A DNA stretch of 64,000 bases from Candidatus Undinarchaeota archaeon (GCA_964633445.1 CAZWFW010000001.1:6339-70338); one strand, 5' to 3'. Shown: positions 20,505 to 30,119, counted from the first letter of the stretch. The notes: generated by a model not told the origin, from the letters alone. Numbers and translations: made by a program.

Positions 20505-23500
20505 TTGAGGGGATTCCAACATACAGGTATGAAAGCCATTTTCAAAGACTTTTGCCCAAACTGTAATGGGGAAATAGATGATGAGAGACTTTGGCATAAA
20601 GTTCCTTGCGAAAAGTGTTTACCCTTATCTTTGGACAAAGTTAAAAAACTAAGCGAAAATCTCAGCAATTTAGAATTTAAAGAGCTAATTTACGAGTTAC
20701 TAAATGAAAGAGGAACTCTAAAGAATTATTCAAAAATATATGAGCTGGAGAGAAGGGTTGAGGAAGTTAACAAGATTTTTGAGGCATGTATAGGCAGCGG
20801 TCTTTGGTCTGCCCAGAAAGTTTGGGTAAAGAGAATTTTAAACAAAGTAAGTTTTGCTTTGATAAGTCCTACAGGAATGGGAAAAACAACGTTTGGTATG
20901 GTAATGTCCCTTTATTTGGCAAAGCATGGTAAGAAATGTTACATAATTTTGCCAACGACGATCCTTGTTAAACAAATAAACGATAGACTTGAAGAGTTTA
21001 TGGAAAAAAGCGGGGTTAGAGTTAGAGTTTTAGCATATCATACCGAATTAAAAAAAGGCGAGAAAGAGGAGGTAAAGGAGAAGATAACTAAAGGAGAATT
21101 CGATATATTAGTAACATCAAGTCAATTCCTAGCAAGAAACTTTGAGATAATAAAAAAGCAGAGATTCTATTTCATATTTGTGGATGATGTTGACGCTTTT
21201 CTTAAAGCATCCAAAAACATTGACAGGGTTTTGTTTCTCATGGGATTTTCTGAAGATGCCATCAAAGCCGCTATGGAGATTATTAAAATTAAAAAACAGT
21301 TAGTTGTCAGGAGGGATAAAAATCTCGAAGATAAGCTAAAAACTCTTGAAAGAAGTTTGGAGGAGTTTAAGGATGTCGAAAGCATTCTTGTGGTTTCCTC
21401 AGCAACTGGTAAGGTTAAGGGCGATAAGGTAAAAGTTTTTAGAGAATTACTCAACTTTGAAGTTGGCACTGCAAGGGAAGGGGCTAGAAATATAGAGCAT
21501 ATTTGGCTTGAAGGCAAGCTAGAGGATATCTGTGAAATAATTAGGAAAATGGGTGGTGGTTGCTTAATATTTGTTCCTATAGATGCTGGTACAGAGCTTG
21601 CCAAGGAAATTGAGCAGTTTTTAATTTCGAAAGGAATTAACGCTAAAGCTGTTCATGCAAAAACTAAAAAGAGTGTTATTGATCGCTTTGCTAAAGGGGA
21701 AATTGATGCGTTGATAGGAGTAGCGAGTTATTATGGTGTTATTGTGAGAGGATTGGATATTCCCGAGAGGGTTAGGTATGCAATATTTTATGGAATTCCG
21801 AAATTCAAATTCTCCTTAGAGATAAAGGAGAGGAATCCGATTAGGGTTCTGTCCCTGCTATCTACCTTAAGGGAATTTTCAAGTAACAAAGAAAGAGTTG
21901 ATAGAATGATTATAAAATTAAGAAGGATACTGTCAAAGCTGTCACCAGAGGATTTGAGGAAAGTTGAGGAAAGCCAACAGTTAAATGATTTTTTGGTGTA
22001 TGTTAAGCAAGAATTTGAAAAAGCTGCTGAATTTTTGCAGAATATGCTCAAAAATAAGGAGGTTCTAGATAAAATAGGAAAAAGCCCGTATATTTCTCTA
22101 GTTAAAGAAAGTGAAGGATTATTCATAAAAATACCTGATGTAAGAACATACATACAGGCTACAGGTAGAACTTCAAGAATGTATGCTGGTGGTATTACCA
22201 AAGGAGCTTCCTTTGTCTTTATAGATGATGAAAAGGTGTTTAATGGTTTGAAAAGGCAGCTGATATTACTTGATGAGGAGTTCAAAAGTATTGGTGAAGT
22301 TGATCTTAAGAAGATTAAGGAGGAGATAGAAAGGGATAGGAAATTGCTTACTGAAATCAGGGAGGGTAAAGTTAAAGTTGAGGCAAAAGAACCCGTTAAA
22401 TCTTGTTTGTTTATTGTTGAATCCCCAAACAAAGCAAAAACAATTGCAAATTTCTTTGGTAGACCATCTAAGCGTAGAATTGGTGAATTGGTTGCTTATG
22501 AAACACATACTGGAGATTTCGCTTTAACAATAATTGCAACTGGTGGACATATTTTAGATTTAGCTCATGATGGTATATATGGGGTTAAGAGGGTTAATGG
22601 TAAATTTATTCCGATCTACACGACAATTAAAAAATGTAGGAAATGTAATGAGCAATTTGTTGAGGGTGATGTATGCCCGAATAAGAAATGCAATTCAAAG
22701 GACATATTTGATAGCAGGTATACAATTGAAGCATTAAGGCATCTTGCAGATGAAATAGGATATGTTATAGTCGGTACAGATGCTGATTCGGAAGGTGAGA
22801 AAATTGCTTGGGATGTAGCAACATTAATCGCACCTTTTGCAAAAGAAATAAAGAGAGCTGAGTTTCACGAGGTTACTAGGAGAGCTATTTTGAACGCTTT
22901 GGAAAATCCAAGAGAAATTGACGAATTTAGGGTTAACGCTCAAATTGTAAGGCGTATTGAGGATAGGTGGATTGGCTTCTACTTAAGCCAAGATTTATGG
23001 AGAATATTTGAAAAGGGTTGGCTTTCGGCTGGTAGGGTGCAAACGCCAGTACTTGGCTGGGTAATTGAGTTTGAGAAGCTTGCAAGAAAGAAGAAGTCAG
23101 TAGTTAGGATAGTACTTGAGAATGATGCTGTTGTGGATTTTGAGTTTAAAAACATTAGACAGGCTAAGAAATTTGCTGAAGATGTTGAGGAAGCGTATGT
23201 GGAAATACTTGAGGAGAAAGAGGAGAAAATAAAGCCGAATCCCCCATATACAACTGATACTTTACTAAGGGACGCTTCTCGCTTCTTCAGACTTGATGCT
23301 CCAAAGGTTATGCAAATTGCGCAGGATCTTTTCGAGGCTGGGTTATGCTTGACACCAGACACCTACGTAATTATGCATGATGGAAGTATTAAGAAGATAG
23401 GCGATATCTCCGAAAATGAAAATGTTTTGGGCTTGAACAATCTACATGAGATGCCTGCAAAGGTACTAAGGTTTTGGAAGATACCGTATAAAGGTGTGAT

Positions 23501-25598
23501 CAAAGAAATAGTGCTTGAGAATAATTATAGCATAAAGGCTACTCCAGATCACGGAATTTTTGTTTACAGAGATGGTAAATTTGGTTGGGTTTCAGCTAAG
23601 AATGTAAGGGTTGGAGATTATGTGGCAGTAGCTTTCAATGTCAACATTAAAAGAGAAAGCTTAGGTTTACTCGAATTATTGGCGAAGCTTGGAATATTGG
23701 ATATATGCGTCGAATTCAAGAAAGATTCAAAACTATTTGAAAAGCTTAAAAAGAGAGTTGATGGAAGTAAGGCAAGTGCAAAATATAAGTATATGGGAAG
23801 CAGGGCAATTCCTTTAAAGTATTTAGATAAATGGGGCATTGATCTAAAAGCCGTTGAAAGGGAAGCAACCACCATTTCCAAGCAGAGATCCTCAGCTGAA
23901 AAAATTCCAATTTTTAAATTAAATAGCGATTTTTGGTACTTCGTTGGACTGGTTATGGGTGGTGGAACAATCGAAGAAGAGAAAATTGTAATATCTCAAA
24001 AAGATGCTAAGGAAATCAAAAGGATACTTGAAAATGTGTTTCCATTTGCCAATGTGAGGATTGCTGGCACGCAAGTTTACCTTGCTAATTCGATTATAGC
24101 AGAGATTTTAAGAAAACTGGATGTAAGGGGCAAGTTAAATGGTTTAGTGTTTTCACTGCCAGAGGATTGCATAAATGCTATGATAGCTGGATATATTGAT
24201 GCTGATGATAGCATTTCGTTGAAGTTTGACAAGAAATGTTGTAAAAACAATCTTAGAATTGTTATAAGTAATAAAGAAAGGGAAAAAATTGAGAAAATTG
24301 GATATTACCTATGCTTGATTGGTATTTTGAACACATTGCATAAGGATGAAAAAACAGGTATTTGGAAACTAATTTTAGGCAATAAATCGCTTAAGACGTT
24401 TAAAAAGAAGATTGGTAAACATCTTAGAACTAGGAGAAAGATTTTTGAGAAAGCATACAAAGCATGCGCAAGTGAGCATCTAGAGTCAGATTTTGTTCCG
24501 TTTAGTAAATTTTTCAAGTTACTTAAATTTGGGAAAGGTGTTGAGGGTAGAATTCTCAAAGAACTTTGCACTGATGCTCGAAATTTGGATGACTGTGCAT
24601 GTATACAAAGAGAAAAGCTTAAGAAGGTAGTTAAATTGGCTGAAGACACTGATGTTAAGACATTTTTGCTTGAACTGTTAAATGCCAATGTTTCATGGGT
24701 TAGAGTGAAGGAGGTTAGGAATAGGCAATATAACGGATATGTTTACGATATAACAACTGCAACATCAAACTTCTTTGCTAATGCGATACTTAACCACAAC
24801 TGCACCTATCACCGTACAGATTCAACAAGAGTATCAAAGGAAGGTTTGAACGTTGCTAGGGAATTGGTTGAGGAAAGTTTTGGCAAGGAATATTTCAAAG
24901 CAAGAATTTGGTATATGGAAGGTGCCCATGAGTGCATAAGGCCCACAAAACCACTTACGAGAGAGTATCTCGAGGAGTTGATTAATACTGGCGCGCTAAC
25001 ATTGCCTAGACAATTAACCTTTTGGCATCTTGTAGTTTATGAGCTCATTGTGAATAGATTTATGGCAAGTCAGATGAGAGAGGCTAGAGTTGTTAAACAG
25101 AAAGTAAAAGTAAGTGTTAAAGATGTTGAAAAAGAAGTTGAAGGATACGCTAAGGTAGCTGATGAAAGTTTCCTAAAGATAACTAAGGTACCAATGATAC
25201 CCGAGTTTAGGAATGGTAGGGTAAAAGTTAAAGATGTAAAGGTAATGAGGGTACCATCATCCAAGTTGCTTACGCAAGCGGATCTCGTTGCTTTAATGAA
25301 GGAGAGGGGTATAGGTAGGCCATCAACCTATGCTACAATAATTGCTAAATTGTTCAAAAGGGGTTACCTTTACGAGCTTGGTAAGGAGAAGAGGATTAAT
25401 AAAATTGTGGCAAGGAAAATTGGCAAGGAAGTTTTTCAGTATTTGATTAGCAATTATCCTCATTTAATTAGCGAGGAGCGTACAAGGAAACTTGAGGAGG
25501 ATATGGATATGATAGAGGAGGGTAAGAAAGATTATCAGGAAGTTCTAAATGAAATTTACAAGGAAATCTTTGAGCCAGAAATACTCAAGCAATATTAA
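20505..25598 (+). CDS. rgy: reverse gyrase, interrupted in-frame by an intein
   Basis: N-terminal zinc finger CPNCNGE..CEKC. Helicase-like domain with Walker A SPTGMGKTT and a DExx-type box FIFVDDVD. C-terminal topoisomerase IA domain including the active-site motif LTREYLEELI. The predicted extein is 1212 aa, typical for reverse gyrase. The track start is a TTG at 20505; an in-frame ATG lies at 20529. Confidence 0.9.
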   Translation: MRGFQHTGMKAIFKDFCPNCNGEIDDERLWHKVPCEKCLPLSLDKVKKLSENLSNLEFKELIYELLNERGTLKNYSKIYELERRVEEVNKIFEACIGSGLWSAQKVWVKRILNKVSFALISPTGMGKTTFGMVMSLYLAKHGKKCYIILPTTILVKQINDRLEEFMEKSGVRVRVLAYHTELKKGEKEEVKEKITKGEFDILVTSSQFLARNFEIIKKQRFYFIFVDDVDAFLKASKNIDRVLFLMGFSEDAIKAAMEIIKIKKQLVVRRDKNLEDKLKTLERSLEEFKDVESILVVSSATGKVKGDKVKVFRELLNFEVGTAREGARNIEHIWLEGKLEDICEIIRKMGGGCLIFVPIDAGTELAKEIEQFLISKGINAKAVHAKTKKSVIDRFAKGEIDALIGVASYYGVIVRGLDIPERVRYAIFYGIPKFKFSLEIKERNPIRVLSLLSTLREFSSNKERVDRMIIKLRRILSKLSPEDLRKVEESQQLNDFLVYVKQEFEKAAEFLQNMLKNKEVLDKIGKSPYISLVKESEGLFIKIPDVRTYIQATGRTSRMYAGGITKGASFVFIDDEKVFNGLKRQLILLDEEFKSIGEVDLKKIKEEIERDRKLLTEIREGKVKVEAKEPVKSCLFIVESPNKAKTIANFFGRPSKRRIGELVAYETHTGDFALTIIATGGHILDLAHDGIYGVKRVNGKFIPIYTTIKKCRKCNEQFVEGDVCPNKKCNSKDIFDSRYTIEALRHLADEIGYVIVGTDADSEGEKIAWDVATLIAPFAKEIKRAEFHEVTRRAILNALENPREIDEFRVNAQIVRRIEDRWIGFYLSQDLWRIFEKGWLSAGRVQTPVLGWVIEFEKLARKKKSVVRIVLENDAVVDFEFKNIRQAKKFAEDVEEAYVEILEEKEEKIKPNPPYTTDTLLRDASRFFRLDAPKVMQIAQDLFEAGLCLTPDTYVIMHDGSIKKIGDISENENVLGLNNLHEMPAKVLRFWKIPYKGVIKEIVLENNYSIKATPDHGIFVYRDGKFGWVSAKNVRVGDYVAVAFNVNIKRESLGLLELLAKLGILDICVEFKKDSKLFEKLKKRVDGSKASAKYKYMGSRAIPLKYLDKWGIDLKAVEREATTISKQRSSAEKIPIFKLNSDFWYFVGLVMGGGTIEEEKIVISQKDAKEIKRILENVFPFANVRIAGTQVYLANSIIAEILRKLDVRGKLNGLVFSLPEDCINAMIAGYIDADDSISLKFDKKCCKNNLRIVISNKEREKIEKIGYYLCLIGILNTLHKDEKTGIWKLILGNKSLKTFKKKIGKHLRTRRKIFEKAYKACASEHLESDFVPFSKFFKLLKFGKGVEGRILKELCTDARNLDDCACIQREKLKKVVKLAEDTDVKTFLLELLNANVSWVRVKEVRNRQYNGYVYDITTATSNFFANAILNHNCTYHRTDSTRVSKEGLNVARELVEESFGKEYFKARIWYMEGAHECIRPTKPLTREYLEELINTGALTLPRQLTFWHLVVYELIVNRFMASQMREARVVKQKVKVSVKDVEKEVEGYAKVADESFLKITKVPMIPEFRNGRVKVKDVKVMRVPSSKLLTQADLVALMKERGIGRPSTYATIIAKLFKRGYLYELGKEKRINKIVARKIGKEVFQYLISNYPHLISEERTRKLEEDMDMIEEGKKDYQEVLNEIYKEIFEPEILKQY
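23346..24800 (+). mobile_element. intein (485 aa) with LAGLIDADG homing-endonuclease domain inside the reverse gyrase topoisomerase domain
   Basis: It starts with Cys (FEAGL|CLTPD). Block B TxxH (ATPDHGIF). LAGLIDADG-type motifs DFWYFVGLVMGGG and INAMIAGYIDADDS. It ends ..ILNHN followed by +1 Cys (CTYHRTD). All coordinates are in frame with the host ORF. Confidence 0.8.
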
Positions 25599-25636
25599 GT
25601 TTATGACATAATCACTAGAACGGATTTGAAGCTTAT

Positions 25637-25696
25637 CGTTAACATCGTTAAGAATGTTAAGTTTATTATCGTTAAGTAAAATTTAAGTAGTGTTAA
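25637..25696 (+). repeat. direct repeat copy 1 (about 60 bp, GTTAAG-submotif rich) upstream of the COG2865 gene
   Basis: CGTTAACATCGTTAAGAATGTTAAGTTTATTATCGTTAAGTAAAATTTAAGTAGTGTTAAG is about 90% identical to the copy at 27003-27062. Confidence 0.75.
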
Positions 25697-25712
25697 GTTA
25701 ATTTGATTTTTT

Positions 25713-27002
25713 ATGAGGCTAGAGGAATTCTTTAAATTGATTGAAAATGGAGAAAGTGAGAGAATAGAGTTTAAGGAGAAAGTAACGAAAAATATTGCTG
25801 AGGAGATAGTTGCATTTGCAAACTCTTTGGGAGGTTACTTGTTAATAGGAGTGAAAGACGATAAAACACTTGTAGGTCTTAATACTAAAGAATTGCAAGA
25901 GGCCAAAAGATTCATATCTAATTGCCTAGCGAATATTGCTCCACCCATAACAGTAAAATTTCATGAAGTGAGAATAAATAGAAAGAGTTTTCTAATAGTG
26001 GAAGTTCCAAAATCAAAATATATTTGTTCCATTGGTGGTATAGCCTACATTAGAGTTGGCACATCCAAAAGACCTTTATCAATTCAAGAAACACTAACTT
26101 TAGGCGCAGAAATTCTACTTTTTCCCTTCGATAAAACACCAACAAAAATTCCTGCAAAATTAATCTGGGAAGATGCCTTGAAGAGGTACGAAAGAGGTTT
26201 GAAGGAGAGAAATATTAAGGTAAGCGATATCTACTATCATTTAAAAAAATTGGATGTAATTATATCAAAGAAAGGTAGAGATTTCTTGACATTTGGAGGT
26301 GCCTTAATTTTCCTTGAAAACCCCCAAGAATATTTTCCACAGAGTTACTTAAGGGTTTGCTTTGAAGAAGGTTACACAAGAATCTCAGGCCCTCTATGGA
26401 AAATTATTGACAAGTTTGTGGAAGCTTTCTTTAAGCAAGAGATCCTTAGATATGTGCTAAAAGGATTTAGGAGAATAGATTATGAAATGTTGCCAGCAAG
26501 GATTTTAAGAGAAGGTGTAACTAACGCTTTGATTCATAGAAATTATACAATATCCTCTGAAACTTTTGTTTCCTTAGAAAGCAACGCTATCAAAATAAAG
26601 AATCCTGGAGCCTTTCCTCCTGGAGTTACCCCTGAGGATCCTCATCCTGTGGCGAGAAATCCACTAATATATGAATTGATGTTTAATATGGGTTACATAG
26701 AGAAGCAAGGTGCTGGGGTAAAAATGATATTTGAAGAAGCGAGAAAAAATCCTTATTTGGATGTTGAATATAAGATTTCGCCAAACTTCACAACATTGCT
26801 ATTAAAATTTAAGGTTGAGCTAGATGAAGTCGATAAGAAAATACTAGACGCCTTAATTGGTCCAAAATCTTCAAGTGAGATTGCTAGAATTGTAGGATTA
26901 AGCAAACCAGCTGTAATTAATAGGCTAAACAGACTAATTGATGCCAAACTTGTTAAAAGGATTGGAAGTGGGGCAAAAACCAAATATAGGTTAACAAGTT
27001 AA
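25713..27002 (+). CDS. COG2865-type protein: N-terminal AlbA_2 (Schlafen-like divergent AAA) domain + HATPase_c-like domain + C-terminal winged HTH
   Basis: N-terminus ESERIEFKEKV..AEEIVAFANSLGGYLLIGVKDD is the characteristic AlbA_2 box. The C-terminus KKILDALIGPKSSSEIARIVGLSKPAVINRLNRLIDAKLVKR is a wHTH. The gene is flanked on both sides by the 60-bp direct repeat. Confidence 0.7.
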   Translation: MRLEEFFKLIENGESERIEFKEKVTKNIAEEIVAFANSLGGYLLIGVKDDKTLVGLNTKELQEAKRFISNCLANIAPPITVKFHEVRINRKSFLIVEVPKSKYICSIGGIAYIRVGTSKRPLSIQETLTLGAEILLFPFDKTPTKIPAKLIWEDALKRYERGLKERNIKVSDIYYHLKKLDVIISKKGRDFLTFGGALIFLENPQEYFPQSYLRVCFEEGYTRISGPLWKIIDKFVEAFFKQEILRYVLKGFRRIDYEMLPARILREGVTNALIHRNYTISSETFVSLESNAIKIKNPGAFPPGVTPEDPHPVARNPLIYELMFNMGYIEKQGAGVKMIFEEARKNPYLDVEYKISPNFTTLLLKFKVELDEVDKKILDALIGPKSSSEIARIVGLSKPAVINRLNRLIDAKLVKRIGSGAKTKYRLTS

Positions 27003-27062
27003 CGTTAACATCGTTAAGAGTGTTAAATTTTCTAGCGTTAAGTAAAATTTGAGTAGTGTTAA
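27003..27062 (+). repeat. direct repeat copy 2 (about 60 bp) immediately after the COG2865 stop codon
   Basis: CGTTAACATCGTTAAGAGTGTTAAATTTTCTAGCGTTAAGTAAAATTTGAGTAGTGTTAA begins 1 nt after the TAA stop at 27000-27002. Confidence 0.75.
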
Positions 27063-27103
27063 AAATAGTAAGCTTAAATGGAAGAATAGTTTTTATTTAA
27101 ATA

Positions 27104-27931
27104 TTGTTTTTTAAGTTAATGAATGTAGAAATTTCGCTAGAAAAAGATTTAAGCCTAATAAGAAAAAATAAGCCGCTAATCCTCCACTTAGTTAATTATG
27201 TTGCTATGAACGATTGCGCAAATGTTACGCTTGCTTTGCATGCTTCTCCAATAATGACAAGCTATGAGGACGAAATTAAGGAAATTGTTAGCAAATCTGA
27301 TTCTCTTTATATAAACATTGGCACACCAACAAGAAGAATAATTGATGTTATTAAACAAGCATGCAAAGTCGCAAATGAAAATAAAAAGCCAATAATTCTT
27401 GACCCTGTTGGAGTTGGGGCTACTAAGGCAAGAACTAGTTTTGTTCATTATTTACTCAAGAATTATGAAATAGATGTTTTGAAAGGCAACTATGGCGAAA
27501 TTTGCTCAGTTGCTGGCTTAAATAATGCTATGAAGGGTGTCGACTCCTTAGAAATTAATGAAAAAATTGTTTTAAGAAGTTGCAAAGAAATTGCTAGGGA
27601 ATATAGTATTTGTGTTGTAGCTACTGGTGAAAAGGATTTTGTTGTTGATAAAAATGAAAATGCTTATGTAGTGTTAAATGGTCATGAGATGCTTAGCATG
27701 CTCACAGGTAGCGGATGCATGCTTGGTAGCGTAATTGCCTGCTTTTTAACAACACAAAAGCCATTAAATGCTTGCTTAGAGGGATTAGTAGTTTTTAATG
27801 TCAGCGCTGAAATTGCTGCGAAGCATGCTAATGGTTTGGGTAGTTTTAAAGTAAGATTGCTCGATGAAATATCAAATGTTGATACTGAGCAAATTAAGAA
27901 ACTTGCAAGGATTAAAGTTTGCCAGTTTTAA
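27104..27931 (+). CDS. thiM: hydroxyethylthiazole kinase
   Basis: 275 aa. PLILHLVNYVAMNDCANVTLALHASPIM, VDVLKGN and ATGEKDFVVD motifs match ThiM. Confidence 0.8.
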   Translation: MFFKLMNVEISLEKDLSLIRKNKPLILHLVNYVAMNDCANVTLALHASPIMTSYEDEIKEIVSKSDSLYINIGTPTRRIIDVIKQACKVANENKKPIILDPVGVGATKARTSFVHYLLKNYEIDVLKGNYGEICSVAGLNNAMKGVDSLEINEKIVLRSCKEIAREYSICVVATGEKDFVVDKNENAYVVLNGHEMLSMLTGSGCMLGSVIACFLTTQKPLNACLEGLVVFNVSAEIAAKHANGLGSFKVRLLDEISNVDTEQIKKLARIKVCQF

Positions 27932-29508
27932 GGATTTAGCAAGAATAGAATAATGTTGGCTAGTAAGGATGTGAAAATGGCAGTTAATATTAAAAATAGA
28001 CAAAGCATGCCAACAGCAACTAATGTTTTAGGAATTACTTGCTTTATATTGATCTTTTTCAAATATCTTAGCTTCAAATATCTCAGCAATATTGCTATTG
28101 TTGGGATAATGCATATAAGGAGGAGAAACTCTAAGGGGTGATATTCCAGTAAATCTAGTAGTAATGATAGAATAAAGCCAAAAATGTAAGGAATTGCTAC
28201 AAAAAATGCTACTTTTTTAATACCTCTGTTGAACTTCAAGAAGAATAGAAGTAATAAAACTGCTATAGTAACGCTTATAGGCACCAAATTATCTGAAATT
28301 GCGATTAAAATCGAAGCAGAATTTGAAGGGAGCAGATACAAATCATCCTTTATTTTATTAGAGTCTATTTCAAATTTCGTGTAAACGTTATCTCCTATTC
28401 TTCCATATTTCCCTTTGTAATTTCCTTTATAGGCCCCTTTCGCGTACACAGCAATTTTTATATCATGGTTAGCCATTAAGAGCAAAGGATAATAAGGCTT
28501 GTTATCCAGGGGTATAAACTCTATTTCTATATTAGCTCTTCTTTGACATTTAAAAAATAGGTCACGAGCAAGACCCCAACGCGCTTCACGGACTTTTTCA
28601 CATGTTATAGGGATTTTTGTGTAGTCTTCTATGTAACCAACAATAAAGTATGTTGTATCACTTTTAAGCTTTTCAAGCATCTCTTTTTCTTCTTGAGTCA
28701 AATTTCCAAATTTTGACAAATATGCAATGATGTTCTCGCTTGATGGTATTAGTTCAAGAGCTATGCCGTATTTTTTAATTGTTAGCAGCTTCTTAACTTG
28801 CACCTCTTCAGAAACACCAGCGGCACCTATATAAAAAGTAAATAAATCTAGCCAAGAAGTCAAGGGGCGAATTACTGTAGCTTCAGTAACATCGGAGGCA
28901 ACTTTTCTTAGGGATTCTTCTATAGGAATGAACTCTAGATTAATGTTGGTTTCCGTTATGTCGAGTTTAATTTGCTTAGGATATTTAGTTTCAATAGGGA
29001 TAACCCAAAAAATGTTTGTAAAGTTTTTCTTATCAATTTTTTCATAGAAGTTCTCTGGTGAAATGTCCCAGCAGTAGATGCAATTATAACAATAGACACA
29101 ATTTCTGGAAATCTTCCCATACTTCTCTATACAGTGCTCCAGTACAATCCAATGAAATTTTGGTTCTGGACAAGTTTCCTTATATAATATATGAGAACTA
29201 ATAGAAAGGTTTAAAGGAAAAATCTTCACGTTGCCAACGTATGTTTTTATAATCTCTTCTCTTCCAAAATCATTTATTATAGTCATTTTTTCTTTTTCAC
29301 CATCATACTCAACAATTCCAACCTGATCGTAGCCGTACAACGACTTTAGCAAAGCTGTTCTTTCTTCAAAAAAGTAAACAGTTCCATCGCAAAACACACT
29401 AGGTAAAGTTAAAAGAAATGCTATAGCAATAAGGAGAAACCTCATTAAGTTTTTATTTTGATGTCCCATTAATAAACTTAAGGAAAATCTTTTATTTGGA
29501 ATTCTCAA
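27928..29508 (-). CDS. Cys-rich membrane protein (signal peptide, large extracytoplasmic domain, about 4 C-terminal TM helices), hypothetical
   Basis: 526 aa with a cysteine cluster CPEPKFHWIVLEHCIEKYGKISRNCVYCYNCIYCWD and a C-terminal hydrophobic block. Its start overlaps the upstream nuclease-like gene by 17 nt. The real start may be at the internal MRFLLIAIAF. Confidence 0.5.
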   Translation of the reverse strand: MRIPNKRFSLSLLMGHQNKNLMRFLLIAIAFLLTLPSVFCDGTVYFFEERTALLKSLYGYDQVGIVEYDGEKEKMTIINDFGREEIIKTYVGNVKIFPLNLSISSHILYKETCPEPKFHWIVLEHCIEKYGKISRNCVYCYNCIYCWDISPENFYEKIDKKNFTNIFWVIPIETKYPKQIKLDITETNINLEFIPIEESLRKVASDVTEATVIRPLTSWLDLFTFYIGAAGVSEEVQVKKLLTIKKYGIALELIPSSENIIAYLSKFGNLTQEEKEMLEKLKSDTTYFIVGYIEDYTKIPITCEKVREARWGLARDLFFKCQRRANIEIEFIPLDNKPYYPLLLMANHDIKIAVYAKGAYKGNYKGKYGRIGDNVYTKFEIDSNKIKDDLYLLPSNSASILIAISDNLVPISVTIAVLLLLFFLKFNRGIKKVAFFVAIPYIFGFILSLLLDLLEYHPLEFLLLICIIPTIAILLRYLKLRYLKKINIKQVIPKTLVAVGMLCLFLILTAIFTSLLANIILFLLNP

Positions 29509-30010
29509 ATTTCTTTATTTCTTCCTGCAGATGCAGGAGTAACCACGAAACCCTACCTTTTTCTACCAATTCTTTGATTAACCTTTCCACTTTGCTTAAA
29601 CTTGCTGTCTTCCCGCTCTTAACTTCAACAAATATTATTTCCTCAGGCTCTTCTTTATGCAAACCTTTAAACACGACAAAATCCACGGGAGTCCCTAAGA
29701 ATCTAACATCCTTTGGTTCAATTCCGTAATTTGAAAACAAAATTATTGGTGCTAGTTGCTCACCTACTCTTCCCAAAATAGTTGCTGCTGATCTTTTTAC
29801 AGCATCCTCCCTGATATCCTCCTCCGCTTTAAGCCTCCATTCCTCAAATAAAACTTTTGCTCTTTCATTAGCTTCTCGTTCAAGCTCTGAAACACGCCAG
29901 TTATCAAATAATTTCCTTGCTCTTTCCTCAATTTCGTCTTTGATTTTCAAGTAATTCCAGAATAATACTAACAAAGCAACAATTAATATTAATAGTATAA
30001 GTTCAAGCAT
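29492..30010 (-). CDS. membrane-anchored PD-(D/E)xK nuclease-like protein (Holliday-junction-resolvase-related fold)
   Basis: N-terminal TM helix LILLILIVALLVLFW, a coiled-coil linker, then GTPVDFVVFKG...IIFVEVKSG, which matches a D...E-x-K restriction-endonuclease-like core. Confidence 0.45.
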   Translation of the reverse strand: MLELILLILIVALLVLFWNYLKIKDEIEERARKLFDNWRVSELEREANERAKVLFEEWRLKAEEDIREDAVKRSAATILGRVGEQLAPIILFSNYGIEPKDVRFLGTPVDFVVFKGLHKEEPEEIIFVEVKSGKTASLSKVERLIKELVEKGRVSWLLLHLQEEIKKFENSK

Positions 30011-30119
30011 TTTAATTTGTGTTTATTTAATCTTATTAAATAAATTTAGAGGCAAGCTACATCCTACTATCTTCCTTAGCTTAAAACGCATAAATATATT
30101 CAAATAATTTTATAATAAA

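Noticed and set aside
21167-23362. Several 80-214-aa minus-strand ORFs inside the reverse gyrase gene (21167-21604, 21788-22432, 22266-22508, 22979-23362)
   Set aside because: They are fully contained in a high-confidence conserved CDS on the other strand. Translations are Ser/Leu-rich low complexity with no motifs.
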